Shown here: piece by piece, positions 45,692 to 55,246 of the stretch
How positions within the stretch are numbered: the stretch's first letter is position 1
How the letters are laid out: each line of letters begins with the position of its first letter
NCBI GenBank assembly: GCA_965219995.1
Contig: CBDCOX010000002.1
Location: forward strand, 2,656,001-2,720,000
DNA: 64,000 nt
DNA from: Candidatus Latescibacterota bacterium
Lineage (GTDB): Bacteria > Latescibacterota > UBA2968 > GCA-2709665
Reading direction: 5' to 3'
Program-made: the position numbers and the translations under genes
Notes under the pieces: generated by a model
The model's input: only the letters and a program-made list of their open reading frames with translations
Databases searched by the model: none
What the model was told of the DNA's origin: nothing

Positions 45692-47752
45692 TCACCCCAT
45701 TTCTTCTTCGGGCCCCAGGCGGACGAATTCCGACGGATTCGAAAGGTTCTGATACGTGGCATCGATCCACCGGTCCGATCTGGCCGTCGTCGAGATTCGG
45801 ACCTCATCGATTTCGCCCTGGAACGGCGCCCCGCCGCCCGCGAGCCGGCCGATGCTGATCGGAGTCCGGCTGGACCGGACGGAGCCGGATGCTTCGACCG
45901 AGTCCACCGGCCTGCCGTCGATATAGAGCGTCGCCCGTTCGCCGTCGTATATGCCCGACAGATGATGCCGGCCCGGGCTTAGCGTCCTGTTGGCGCGCAC
46001 GCTCCGGGTGCCGCTTTCCGTGTTGATGGTGAAGGTCGGACCCGGGAGCGAGGCGCAAAGACCGCCGTTATGCCCGCATTCGGCGTATTTGAGCGAAAAG
46101 GAGGCCTCGTCCGCGGTATCGTAGCGCAACACCTTTCCATGGGGCGTGTATTCGCGGTTGTCGCTTTCATCCGGGTCTTCGCGCCACGGCGAGAAGTACA
46201 CGTATCGTCCGTCGAACGCGCCGCCATTGAACCCGCCCGGGTTCGGCGGGTAGGTGAAAACGCCACCGTCGGCGGCGTCCCACGCGGCCCTGTCGGTGAA
46301 ATTCATGCAGGTGTTGTAACGCAGGACACGACAGTGGAACCCCCGCTGAGGTTCGTCGCCCTCGTAGAAAGGAATGTAGTAGACGTACTGGCCGTCGAAG
46401 GCCGCGCCGTCATAGCCTTTTGTGTGCAGGCCGGACGTTCCGGCCGCGTCGTAGGCTTCCCAGCTTTCAGGGTCCTTGAAGTCGCACCGCGTATCGTATC
46501 TGACGGCGTTGCTGTGGGCGTAAGGAACGTAATAGACGTAGCGGCCGTCGAAAACGGCACCCACGCACATTCCCATTCCATGAGTACTGGCATCCAGCGC
46601 CTCCCAGGCGGCCGGATCGTCGAACCCGCCGCGGGTATCGTGGCGGAGCACGATGCCGCGGTCATTGAGCGGCGAGTAATAGACGTAACGTCCGTCGAAC
46701 GTGGCGCCGTCGTAGTTCTTCGACTCCAGTCCGTCTGTATTACCGGCATCGAAAATCAAATAGCTTTCGGGATCCTTGAAGCCGCCCCGCGTATCGAAAC
46801 GGACGGCTTTTCCCGATTCGCCCGAGTCACCGTAGTATCCGGGCGACAGGTAGATATATCGACCGTCGTACGCGGCGCTCTGGCAGGCCATGGTCCTCCC
46901 GATGTCGTATGCCTCCCAGCTTCCGGGATCACGGAATTCCCCGTGACGGTGGTATCGCAAAATGCGGCTGTGCAGAGTCTCGCCATCGGTACGCGGGACA
47001 AAGTAGATGTAGTCCCCGGCGTGTACGACGCCGTAGTACCCCTTCGTGTTCAGGCCGTCCGTGCAGCCCGCGTCGTATCCTTCCCAGCTGTCGGGATCGT
47101 CGAACGCTCCCCAGGAGTCATATCGCAGGACCTGGCCGTGGCGGTCCTGCGATGCGTTGAGCTGAGGCGCGAAGTAAACGTAGCGCCCGTCCGAGACCGC
47201 GCCGAAATATCCCTTCGTGTCCAGGCCGTCCGTGTCGCCTGCGTCGTAGGACTCGAACCGGTCCATGACCGGTCGCAGGGACCACCTGGACACCAGCACC
47301 TGGAAGGCGTCGGAATTCGACTGCTCGCTGCCGATCCAGGCCTCCACGGTGAGGGCCTGAGCTTCGTCGAACGATTCGGTGCGCGCATCGGTGCTCTGGT
47401 GGCGGACCCATTTGAAATGCGGGTCCCATACACGATCCGGGGATGAAACCGGTCCTCCGCCATAACAGAGGTAAAGACTTGCGGCCCCGGTGAAAGACGG
47501 AATTCTGACCCGCGCGCTCAGGGCGCCGGTTTCGGGAACGTAGGACTCGATGCAGTACGCCAGCGCATCGCCTTCGAGCGAGACGAAGTGGATGTCGCCG
47601 CCGGCTTTTCCGGATACACGACCGCCACGCTCAACCGATTTGAGTCCATCGTCGCGCAGGGCCACGAGAAGCGGGAAATCCTTTAGATTTCCGATGTCCC
47701 CGCCAGGGTTGATGGTGAGTTTTCTGCGGATCATCTGCCCGGTTTCTTCCAT
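45692..47752 (-). CDS. DUF2341-like + LamG-like protein with an inserted 7-repeat beta-propeller
   Basis: N-terminal DFPLLV..DIHF..YLCYG; TVEAWI; seven G.A.FDGRYVY..P...LRYDT repeats; LYIDG..FQGEIDEVRIS..ARS; GAGGA RBS. Confidence 0.75.
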   Translation of the reverse strand: MEETGQMIRRKLTINPGGDIGNLKDFPLLVALRDDGLKSVERGGRVSGKAGGDIHFVSLEGDALAYCIESYVPETGALSARVRIPSFTGAASLYLCYGGGPVSSPDRVWDPHFKWVRHQSTDARTESFDEAQALTVEAWIGSEQSNSDAFQVLVSRWSLRPVMDRFESYDAGDTDGLDTKGYFGAVSDGRYVYFAPQLNASQDRHGQVLRYDSWGAFDDPDSWEGYDAGCTDGLNTKGYYGVVHAGDYIYFVPRTDGETLHSRILRYHRHGEFRDPGSWEAYDIGRTMACQSAAYDGRYIYLSPGYYGDSGESGKAVRFDTRGGFKDPESYLIFDAGNTDGLESKNYDGATFDGRYVYYSPLNDRGIVLRHDTRGGFDDPAAWEALDASTHGMGMCVGAVFDGRYVYYVPYAHSNAVRYDTRCDFKDPESWEAYDAAGTSGLHTKGYDGAAFDGQYVYYIPFYEGDEPQRGFHCRVLRYNTCMNFTDRAAWDAADGGVFTYPPNPGGFNGGAFDGRYVYFSPWREDPDESDNREYTPHGKVLRYDTADEASFSLKYAECGHNGGLCASLPGPTFTINTESGTRSVRANRTLSPGRHHLSGIYDGERATLYIDGRPVDSVEASGSVRSSRTPISIGRLAGGGAPFQGEIDEVRISTTARSDRWIDATYQNLSNPSEFVRLGPEEEMG

Positions 47753-47861
47753 TGTATCCTCTCCTGGTCAATGTTGAAAATCAGCTTGGTACAGACGGAA
47801 TTCACCTCGTCTGAATCACTGGTGAATTTACGCCGCCTGCAAAGTCTTGCGCCTGGACCAT

Positions 47862-48280
47862 CTACGGCTCCAGCATTACTTTGATGGACCGGTCGCCGGC
47901 GGCGACGAGGTCGATGCCTTCCTGGAATCGATCGAGCGGCACGCGTGGCACGGGACGATCTGTTCCGAAATCGCCGTGTCGCCTATGTCCAATCCGTATT
48001 TTTCCCCCGCGCCCGGTCCCAGCATGACCACATCGCCGATGAATTCGTGGCCCGGGATGACGGGGGCCTGGCAGTATCCCCCGCGGTGTTCGTCTCCCCA
48101 GAAGAGCGGTGCGCCGAGATAGCATTTGAGATCGCTGGCACAGATCCCCGCGGATCTGACGCGGACGACGACCTCCTCCGGTCCCGGAAGCGGCACGGGG
48201 CGCTCTTCGAGGCGGTAGTCCTCGGGTCCGTGGCAGACAACCGCCGGCATGGTATCCGGAAGTCCGGTAGGCGTCGTCAA
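47862..48280 (-). pseudogene. Zinc-binding (MDR) polyol dehydrogenase gene with a large internal deletion
   Basis: N-terminus GICASD, GHEF, EQIVPCHAC is joined out of frame to a C-terminal tail PLDRFQEGIDLVAAGDRSIKVMLEP*; Rossmann domain missing. Confidence 0.8.
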
Positions 48281-48485
48281 TGCCGTTTTCCTTTGAAGCG
48301 CCGGGCAACAGGGTCCAAACGTCCGCGCCACACGGACGACGTCAAGATATGCTCAAAAAAAACGGATGGCAACCGATTCGCAAGGACCGGCCACCCCGCT
48401 TTGGTCTTGTGTCCCGCGTCCGCATCTCTTTACATTGCGGGGTAAATTTCCGTGCGCTTGAAGACCTGATTCAGAGGAGAGATTG

Positions 48486-51400
48486 ATGGACCGTCGTGAT
48501 ACGATGTGGTTGCTGGTATTCGTGGTTCTGGGCGTGGGCGGGCTGGCGGTTTTTCTGAATTTCTATAACGAGGCGATTCCGTCCGCGTCGCTGGACTTCA
48601 AGTTGAGCCGGGACGAAGTACACCAGAAGGCACAGGATTATCTGGAGAACCTCGGATACGACCTTGCCGACTTCCAGAGCGCCCAGATATTCTCAAGCAG
48701 CCAGATGCAGCAGATTTTCCTGGAGCAGACGCTCGGTCTGGAGGAGACCAGCCGGCTGGCGAGGGAATGGCTGTCGGTCTGGTCCTGGAGCGTGCGGTGG
48801 TTCAAGCCGCTGCAGAAGGAGGAGCTTCGGGTGGGGCTGGATCCGGGCGGGCGAATCGTCGGATTCTCGCACCGAATCCTGGAATCGGACGAAGGCGCAA
48901 GCCTTACCCAGGACGACGCACTTGAAATCGCATCACGGTTCCTGGGGCGGACCCAGGGATACGACCTCGAAGCTTACGAGTTGATCGACCGGTCCAGCAC
49001 GGAACGCAAGGCGCGGATCGATCACCAGTTCGCCTACCGGAAGAAAGATTTCACGGTAGGCGACGACGGGCATTACCGGCTGGACGTCGTGGTTCACGGC
49101 GACCGAGTGGGGCGGTTCAGCGAGTACCTCAAAGTACCGGAAAGCTTCTCTCGAAGTTATCGCGAGGTACGTTCAAGGGCGAATCTGTTGACTCAGGTTT
49201 TCTTGCCGTTCTGGCTCGCGCTGGGCGTTGCCATGCTGGTGATTCTGGTCAAGAACTATCGCCGAAAGCGGTTGCGTTGGCAGGCCGGCCTGGTCGTGGG
49301 AACGCTCGTGGCCATCGCCTGGCTTGCGGCAAACGTCAATGCCCTGCCTCTTGCGCTGTACAATTTCGAGACCACGATCTCTTACGGCGCCTTTCTGGTG
49401 ACGCTCCTGTTCAGTGCCGTTCTGATCGCGGCGGTGTACGGCGGAGCCGTTTGCCTGGCCGGGACCGCGGGCGGCGTTCTCGAAAGAGACGTGCTGTCCG
49501 AGGGACGCGCGAGTCCGGTCGGGCGCCTGTCGCTCAGAGGGATGTTTTCGGCCGGATTCCTGCGGTCCACGGTTGTGGGTTACGGCGCCGCCGGAGCCGT
49601 GCTGGGTTACGTCGCCGTATTTTACCTGCTTGGCGGGCGGTATTTCGACGTCTGGGTGCCGGCGGACGTCAGCGAGTACAACAATGCATTCAGCACGGCG
49701 ATTCCCTGGATTTACCCGTTGCTGGTGGGATTGTCAGCCGCGGCGGTCGAGGAGTTTTTCTTCCGTCTGCTGGCGATTCCCCTGCTGATCAGATGGTTGA
49801 AACGGCCCTGGCTGGCGGTGTTGCTGCCGGCGGTGGTGTGGGCGTTTCTGCATTCCAATTATCCGCACGAGCCCATCTACGTACGAGGAATCGAGATTAC
49901 CGTCATCGGGATCGTCTTCGGAATCCTGTTTCTCCGTTTCGGAATCTGGGCGCCGGTCATCGCCCATTATGCCATCAATGCCTTTATCGTAGCGTTACCG
50001 ATGGTGAAGTCTTCGAGTCTCTACTTCCAGGTATCCGGGGTACTCGTTATCGGAATCCTCCTGGTGCCGGCGATTCCCGCGGCATTCGCGGTGCTGACAG
50101 GGCGGTCCCGAGCCGAGGAAGTTGAAGACGCGCCAGATGAAGAGGCGCCTCATGAACCGGTCGAAGTCGAGGAACCCGCGCCCGAGCCCGTACGATCGGA
50201 CGTGGTTCAAAGAGACCCCGAAGCGTACTTGCCGGATCGACAGAGGTGGATTGTCGCCGCGGTGTGCATCGTCGCGGGGATCGCGTTGATGTCGGGATTC
50301 CGCGTGGACCGGTTCGGCTCGCGCACGTTGAAGCTCGAAGTGACCCGGAGCCAGGCGGTTAGTGTCGCGGAGGCGTTTTGTAATGAGCTTGGCCTGGATG
50401 TGTCAGAATACCGCAGGTCGGTCCAGTTTCGCAGCGGTGTCGGTTCGTCCCACTACACGCACCTGATCCGTAACGCGGGTGTCGCGCAAGCGGATTCCCT
50501 GATGGTGGAGAACACGACGCCGTGGTACTGGCACGTGCGCTGGTTCAAGCCGATGGAGAAGGAGGAGATCCAGGTGCGTGTGGACGCGTCCGGGAGCGTT
50601 GCCGGATTCAACCACATCATACCCGAAACACGTGCGGGTCCGGAGCTGGAGACGGACGACGCTCGCGCGAAGGCTGAGGCGTTCGTCGAGCGGAATTTCT
50701 CCCGGTCCGTTACGAATACGGCGCAATACAAGCTGTTGGAAGCCCGTTCGGAGAAGGAAAAGGAACGGATGGACCACCATTTCGTCTGGGAGCGGATCGA
50801 CCGGAAAATCGAGGACGGCGAGTTCCGCGTGAATGCGCGGGTCCAGGGCGACGAGGTGGGATTCTTCGGTACTCGATACAAGGCGCCGGAGGAGTTCCTT
50901 CGATCTCTCCGGGAACGCGGCACCGGACAGGCGTTGGCTTCAACTGTGCCCGTCCTCCTGGGGCTGGCGACGCTCATTCTGGCCGGGATTTATTTCTTCC
51001 GCCATTTTCGGGCAAGAGAGATGCGCTGGAGGATGCCGATTACAATTGGCAGTGTGGTTGTGGCGTTATCGCTATTGAGTTGGATCAACTCCTTACCGAC
51101 CTTTTTCCACGCGTACGATACGAGCCAGGCAATAACGACCTATCTGGGCATCCAGGGCGTCGTCATTTTGATCGGGACGCCGATAATGGGGCTGGCGATC
51201 GCGGTCATGATGGCGTTGCTGGTTGCGATGATGGGGTCCCTTTACCCGAATGAGATGAGGCCCGGCAGATGGCTGGGACTCTTGCGGATGCGGGATGGCA
51301 GTGTGCGCTTCTGGTCGGGCGCGCTGGTTCTGGCGGCAGCGTTTCTGCTTCTTTGGAAGGGTACGGAAAGTATCGCAATGTACGTGAAATATAACGGCCT

Positions 51401-51896
51401 GACGGAGTATCTGGACGCGGGCGGATTCAACCTGCCGCGAATCAATACCTATCTTCCCTTCCTTGACGCCGCATGTGACGCGGCCCTGGACCTGATCGAA
51501 CCATTCGCCGTGTTGGCGATCCTGCTGGTCTGGAAGGCCGGAGTCAAACGGCCCTGGCTGATTGTGGCGGGATTCGCGCTTGCCATATTGTCCACCGACG
51601 CGATGGAACGGGCCACGAGTCTCTATCACTTCTCCGTACTGGCCGGCCTGGCGCTTGCAAAACTTGGCGTGCTGGTTTTCCTTATTGTATGGCTGGTCCG
51701 GTTCAACCTGATGGCCTATCTCGTCGCCGTCTGGTCCGCCACGCTCATCTCAGGCACTGGAATCGGGTTCATTCAACGGACAACGGACACCGTCTACCAG
51801 TGGAATGGCATCGCGATGGTCGTGCTCGGCCTGGCGCCGCTGCTCTTCCTGCTGGCTGCGTATCTGCGCGAACGTCGCGAGCGGACGGCCGGATAA
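48486..51896 (+). CDS. Large CPBP (CAAX/Abi) intramembrane metalloprotease with internal duplication
   Basis: AAVEEFFFR, WAFLH, IAHYAIN motifs; duplicated soluble domain WSVRWFKPLQKEE / WHVRWFKPMEKEE. Confidence 0.85.
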   Translation: MDRRDTMWLLVFVVLGVGGLAVFLNFYNEAIPSASLDFKLSRDEVHQKAQDYLENLGYDLADFQSAQIFSSSQMQQIFLEQTLGLEETSRLAREWLSVWSWSVRWFKPLQKEELRVGLDPGGRIVGFSHRILESDEGASLTQDDALEIASRFLGRTQGYDLEAYELIDRSSTERKARIDHQFAYRKKDFTVGDDGHYRLDVVVHGDRVGRFSEYLKVPESFSRSYREVRSRANLLTQVFLPFWLALGVAMLVILVKNYRRKRLRWQAGLVVGTLVAIAWLAANVNALPLALYNFETTISYGAFLVTLLFSAVLIAAVYGGAVCLAGTAGGVLERDVLSEGRASPVGRLSLRGMFSAGFLRSTVVGYGAAGAVLGYVAVFYLLGGRYFDVWVPADVSEYNNAFSTAIPWIYPLLVGLSAAAVEEFFFRLLAIPLLIRWLKRPWLAVLLPAVVWAFLHSNYPHEPIYVRGIEITVIGIVFGILFLRFGIWAPVIAHYAINAFIVALPMVKSSSLYFQVSGVLVIGILLVPAIPAAFAVLTGRSRAEEVEDAPDEEAPHEPVEVEEPAPEPVRSDVVQRDPEAYLPDRQRWIVAAVCIVAGIALMSGFRVDRFGSRTLKLEVTRSQAVSVAEAFCNELGLDVSEYRRSVQFRSGVGSSHYTHLIRNAGVAQADSLMVENTTPWYWHVRWFKPMEKEEIQVRVDASGSVAGFNHIIPETRAGPELETDDARAKAEAFVERNFSRSVTNTAQYKLLEARSEKEKERMDHHFVWERIDRKIEDGEFRVNARVQGDEVGFFGTRYKAPEEFLRSLRERGTGQALASTVPVLLGLATLILAGIYFFRHFRAREMRWRMPITIGSVVVALSLLSWINSLPTFFHAYDTSQAITTYLGIQGVVILIGTPIMGLAIAVMMALLVAMMGSLYPNEMRPGRWLGLLRMRDGSVRFWSGALVLAAAFLLLWKGTESIAMYVKYNGLTEYLDAGGFNLPRINTYLPFLDAACDAALDLIEPFAVLAILLVWKAGVKRPWLIVAGFALAILSTDAMERATSLYHFSVLAGLALAKLGVLVFLIVWLVRFNLMAYLVAVWSATLISGTGIGFIQRTTDTVYQWNGIAMVVLGLAPLLFLLAAYLRERRERTAG

Positions 51897-51949
51897 CCCG
51901 CTGCTGGTGTTACCGGGTTTTCCGATCCGAGAAGCCAGCGGCTGAGACT

Positions 51950-51985
51950 ATAACCCCCCTCCGAAGAACATCGGAGGGGGGTTAT
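51950..51985. terminator. Strong hairpin between convergent genes (likely terminator)
   Basis: ATAACCCCCCTCCGA-AGAACA-TCGGAGGGGGGTTAT followed by TTTGTTT. Confidence 0.75.
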
Positions 51986-52010
51986 TTTGTTTCTGTCCCA
52001 TCCTGGAACG

Positions 52011-53027
52011 TCACGGCAGCGGCCGTTCAACCGCCACACTCTTCCCGGTCTGTTCCGCCATGCTGATGGCATCCGAGACGGCCACGGCGGTGATCATGTC
52101 GTCACCCAGCGGATGGGGACGGTGCGTCCGGACCATGTCCCTGACGTATTCGAGGATGACCGCGGAGCCTTCGCACGCGTTGAAGTCGTCGAGGACCAAT
52201 CCCTGGATGGCGCCCTCGGGGCCGAATACGTGAGTGAACATCTCCGTAAAACGAAAGTTGGCAACCCCGCAGTTGATCACCACCCCGTGTTCCGGTCGGC
52301 CGGGCGTGTCGCCGTAGTGAAGATGGTAGACCGTATGGTTGGGCGCTTTCAGGCAACTCACGGATTGGATGCCCGTGCCGAAGACATGGTGGGCGATGGA
52401 AATCGCGTGAATGAGCGCTGCCAGGTGCGTGGAAGCGCAGGTAATGGTGCCGAAGGTCACGCGGCCGACCTCGTCCAGGCGGCGGACCAACTGAACCACC
52501 GCCGGGTTCGTCTGCAGCATGGACAGCGACATGACTGGGGCGTTGTTCGCATCCGCAAGATCCATGATCGCGCGCACGTCGGCAAGGCAATGGGCCATGG
52601 GTTTGTCGATGAAGGTCGGCACGCCTTTTTGAAGGCCCGGTCTGGCCAGTTCCAGGTGATCGGAGCCGTCGTAGTTGCAGTTCGCGATCAGAACGAGGTC
52701 CACGTCGTCGCTCACCTGCTCGAAGCTGTCGCAGACTTTCGGTTGGCCGTAGAAGACGTTCGAGAACATCTCGGCGTTTCGACGCCGTTCGTCCCAGACC
52801 TTCACGATCCGGAAGCCGTCGACGAAGGGCGCGGTCATCCGGGTGGGTTCGCTGTATTTCGTATAGTAGAAATAGTGGGTCCCGCCGCGCTGCCAGGTAT
52901 AGGACATGTCCTCGTCGACCGGCATGGGCACCCTCAGGCGCAGAGGATCGTGCTCGTCCATCTGCGCGCCGAACCACATCCCGTGCATGTCACAGCGGAT
53001 GATTCCCGTGCGGATCTCTTCGGACAT
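52011..53027 (-). CDS. Gfo/Idh/MocA-like oxidoreductase (divergent)
   Basis: VDLVLIA, HLELARPGL..GVPTFIDKPMA; atypical N-terminal Rossmann start. Confidence 0.75.
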   Translation of the reverse strand: MSEEIRTGIIRCDMHGMWFGAQMDEHDPLRLRVPMPVDEDMSYTWQRGGTHYFYYTKYSEPTRMTAPFVDGFRIVKVWDERRRNAEMFSNVFYGQPKVCDSFEQVSDDVDLVLIANCNYDGSDHLELARPGLQKGVPTFIDKPMAHCLADVRAIMDLADANNAPVMSLSMLQTNPAVVQLVRRLDEVGRVTFGTITCASTHLAALIHAISIAHHVFGTGIQSVSCLKAPNHTVYHLHYGDTPGRPEHGVVINCGVANFRFTEMFTHVFGPEGAIQGLVLDDFNACEGSAVILEYVRDMVRTHRPHPLGDDMITAVAVSDAISMAEQTGKSVAVERPLP

Positions 53028-53160
53028 AACGGGGTATCCTTCAGCGAAGGAATCCGGATAGCGATGAAATGGACGGTTTCATTAATGTTGCGTCAGTGGG
53101 ATGGAATCCCGAACACCGGCGGATGATGGGTAGCTGGCAAGAAGCTATACCCAGCCGTCG

Positions 53161-53303
53161 CGTGGTCATTGAGCTTGTCGAAATGCCCACGCTTCGCCAA
53201 CCTTCGAATGGATCAGGTTCCCAGCTCAGGATGCACAGCCGGACGCCATTCGACAGGCCTTCGCCGACCCTTCGACAAGCTCAGGGAGCGACTCAGGATG
53301 AAG
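53161..53303 (-). repeat. Composite REP-like element, copy 2 (inverted relative to 41409-41513)
   Basis: CGTGGTCATTGAGCTTGTCGAAATGCCC (53161) and CCTTCGCCGACCCTTCGACAAGCTCAGGGAGC (53258) are exact reverse complements of the copy-1 blocks. Confidence 0.8.
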
Positions 53304-53386
53304 GGTCAACGCAGGCATTACGCACAATTAACGGAATTCGAGCAGACGAGATAGACGGAATGGCGTCAATTTTCGCGGACAACGCG

Positions 53387-53755
53387 CTACAGTTCCAATG
53401 GGTCGGTCGTGCGGATGACGAAATATTTCCGTACGGGCTCCATCACATGCCAGTACGTCTTGAGTCCCGCGGGAAAGTGGACGGTATCGCCCGGCCCCAG
53501 GGTGTAGCTGTCTCCCCCGTCTTCTTCGATGGCGACACTTCCCTCGAAAACGTGTGCGAACTCGTCCCATCCGAAGGTCCACTCAAACTTGCCTTCGCTG
53601 CATTGCCAGTAGCCGCTGGACACCCTTTTGTCCGCGCTCTGGGTAACAATCGTGCCGTGTGCCGTGGGATCGCCTTCACGAACCCAGTCGGGATCGATGG
53701 GCATGTCGGGCAGATGATCCGGCATCGCGGCGGTCTTCATCTTTAGGTCGCCCAT
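53387..53755 (-). CDS. Cupin domain protein (DUF861/EutQ-like)
   Basis: WVREGDP, SGYWQCSEGKF, DEFAHVFEG, GDTVHFPAG..TYWHV..VRK. Confidence 0.85.
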   Translation of the reverse strand: MGDLKMKTAAMPDHLPDMPIDPDWVREGDPTAHGTIVTQSADKRVSSGYWQCSEGKFEWTFGWDEFAHVFEGSVAIEEDGGDSYTLGPGDTVHFPAGLKTYWHVMEPVRKYFVIRTTDPLEL

Positions 53756-53785
53756 TTCACACTCCTTTCCTCAGTCGGGATCGAC

Positions 53786-54796
53786 TTACAACGCCAGGAT
53801 TTCCCGCCAGCATTCCTCGTCAACCGGGATACCCAGCTTCAGATTCTCCTCGCGGGTACTGAACATCCGCTCGCCTGGATAGGTCGCCGGTTCATTGCCT
53901 TCGAGGGGCTCGGCGGCGTGAAAATCGGCGAGGGTCTGGTCCACGATTTCCCGCATCCGGTCTCCTGCGACCGCGCCGGCATGGATGGCGATAAAGACCT
54001 GGGAGACGCCGTATTCGGATTCCTCCTGGGCGATCTGGTACGTTGAACGGCCCCCCGAAAGCAGTGATGCGACGAGGTCCAGCGACATCGCGAGTCCGAT
54101 GCCCTTCCAGTGACCGATGGGGAGCGGACGGCGGGCGGCCTGGATGGCGCCGGCGTCGAACGAAAGCGCTCCCTTGTCGTCGTAACCGCCGGGGACGGGG
54201 AGGCGCTGGTTGGCGATGCGGTACCCGTCGAGTTTCCCGTGGGAGTATTGGCTCATCGCCATGTCCAACAGCAAATGACGTCCTCCCGGGCGCGGTATGG
54301 AAAAAACCAGGGGATTGTTGCCCACCTTCCGATCGGCGGAACCGAACGGCGGTATGAGCTGGGTGGTATTCGTCCAGCAGATGCCGATGCACCCTGCGTC
54401 CGCGGCCCGCAGTCCGTAGGTTCCGGCCCGCATCCAGTGATTGGTGTTTCTAAGGGATACGCAACCCATTCCGTGTTCTTTCGCGACTTCAACGGCGCGG
54501 TCCATGCACACGCAGGCGTTGAGGATACCCGGGCCCAGTTTTCCGTCCCACTGCTCCAGTACCCCGAACGCGGCCGATCTCTCGGGCTCGGCGTGGAGGT
54601 CCATGCCCTCGCCCGAACGGGCGTGCCTGATGAACGGCAGGAACCGGTTGACCCCGTGGGAATAGACGCCGTCGCGCGTGGTTTCGGCGAAAATCCTCGC
54701 CAGGCGATCCGCGCGGCTGTTGGCGAAGCCGGTATTGAGCAGGACGCGGCGTAATTCCGCAACCATCATTTCGAAGGGGATGCGGCGCATTTCCAT
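53786..54796 (-). CDS. yiaK: 3-dehydro-L-gulonate 2-dehydrogenase (Ldh_2 family)
   Basis: DGVYSHGVNRF, LRNTNHWMRAGTYG, ICWTNT, DMAMSQYS, GHWKG, EYGVSQVFIA. Confidence 0.85.
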   Translation of the reverse strand: MEMRRIPFEMMVAELRRVLLNTGFANSRADRLARIFAETTRDGVYSHGVNRFLPFIRHARSGEGMDLHAEPERSAAFGVLEQWDGKLGPGILNACVCMDRAVEVAKEHGMGCVSLRNTNHWMRAGTYGLRAADAGCIGICWTNTTQLIPPFGSADRKVGNNPLVFSIPRPGGRHLLLDMAMSQYSHGKLDGYRIANQRLPVPGGYDDKGALSFDAGAIQAARRPLPIGHWKGIGLAMSLDLVASLLSGGRSTYQIAQEESEYGVSQVFIAIHAGAVAGDRMREIVDQTLADFHAAEPLEGNEPATYPGERMFSTREENLKLGIPVDEECWREILAL

Positions 54797-54803
54797 ATCG
54801 GTT

Positions 54804-55211
54804 CTAAGCCTTCTCGGTGTACCCCAGAACAACGAGCAGGCACGGGCCTCCCGAGATCACGCCAATGCCCGCTCGTTCAGCCTGATCGACGGCCGCCTCG
54901 CTCTCCGCGCCGGGTTGCATCCAGATGAATTCGACGCCTGCGTCCCCGGCTTCCACAACGATTTGTTCCGTGACTGCCGGCGGTGTGATCACGGAAATTC
55001 GCGCAACGGGTTCGGGAAGCGCGGCGAGATCGGGAAAGGCTCTCCGACCTTCGATTTGCGAAACACCCGGATTGATCGGATACGCCTTCAGGTTGTGCTG
55101 GAGATAGCATCGCAGGACTTTGTTGCCGTACTTGGAGCGGTCCTTCGACGCGCCGACGACGGCGTAGGGTCCGGCCTCGAGAAATGCATCGATCTTTTCG
55201 TCGAGTGTCAC
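54804..55211 (-). CDS. CoA-binding protein (YccU-like)
   Basis: AVVGASKDRSKYG, YPINP, IWMQPGAES, GPCLLV. Confidence 0.88.
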   Translation of the reverse strand: MTLDEKIDAFLEAGPYAVVGASKDRSKYGNKVLRCYLQHNLKAYPINPGVSQIEGRRAFPDLAALPEPVARISVITPPAVTEQIVVEAGDAGVEFIWMQPGAESEAAVDQAERAGIGVISGGPCLLVVLGYTEKA

Positions 55212-55246
55212 GCTTGATCCTCCGGGTGGCGTGGACTCATGGAAGA

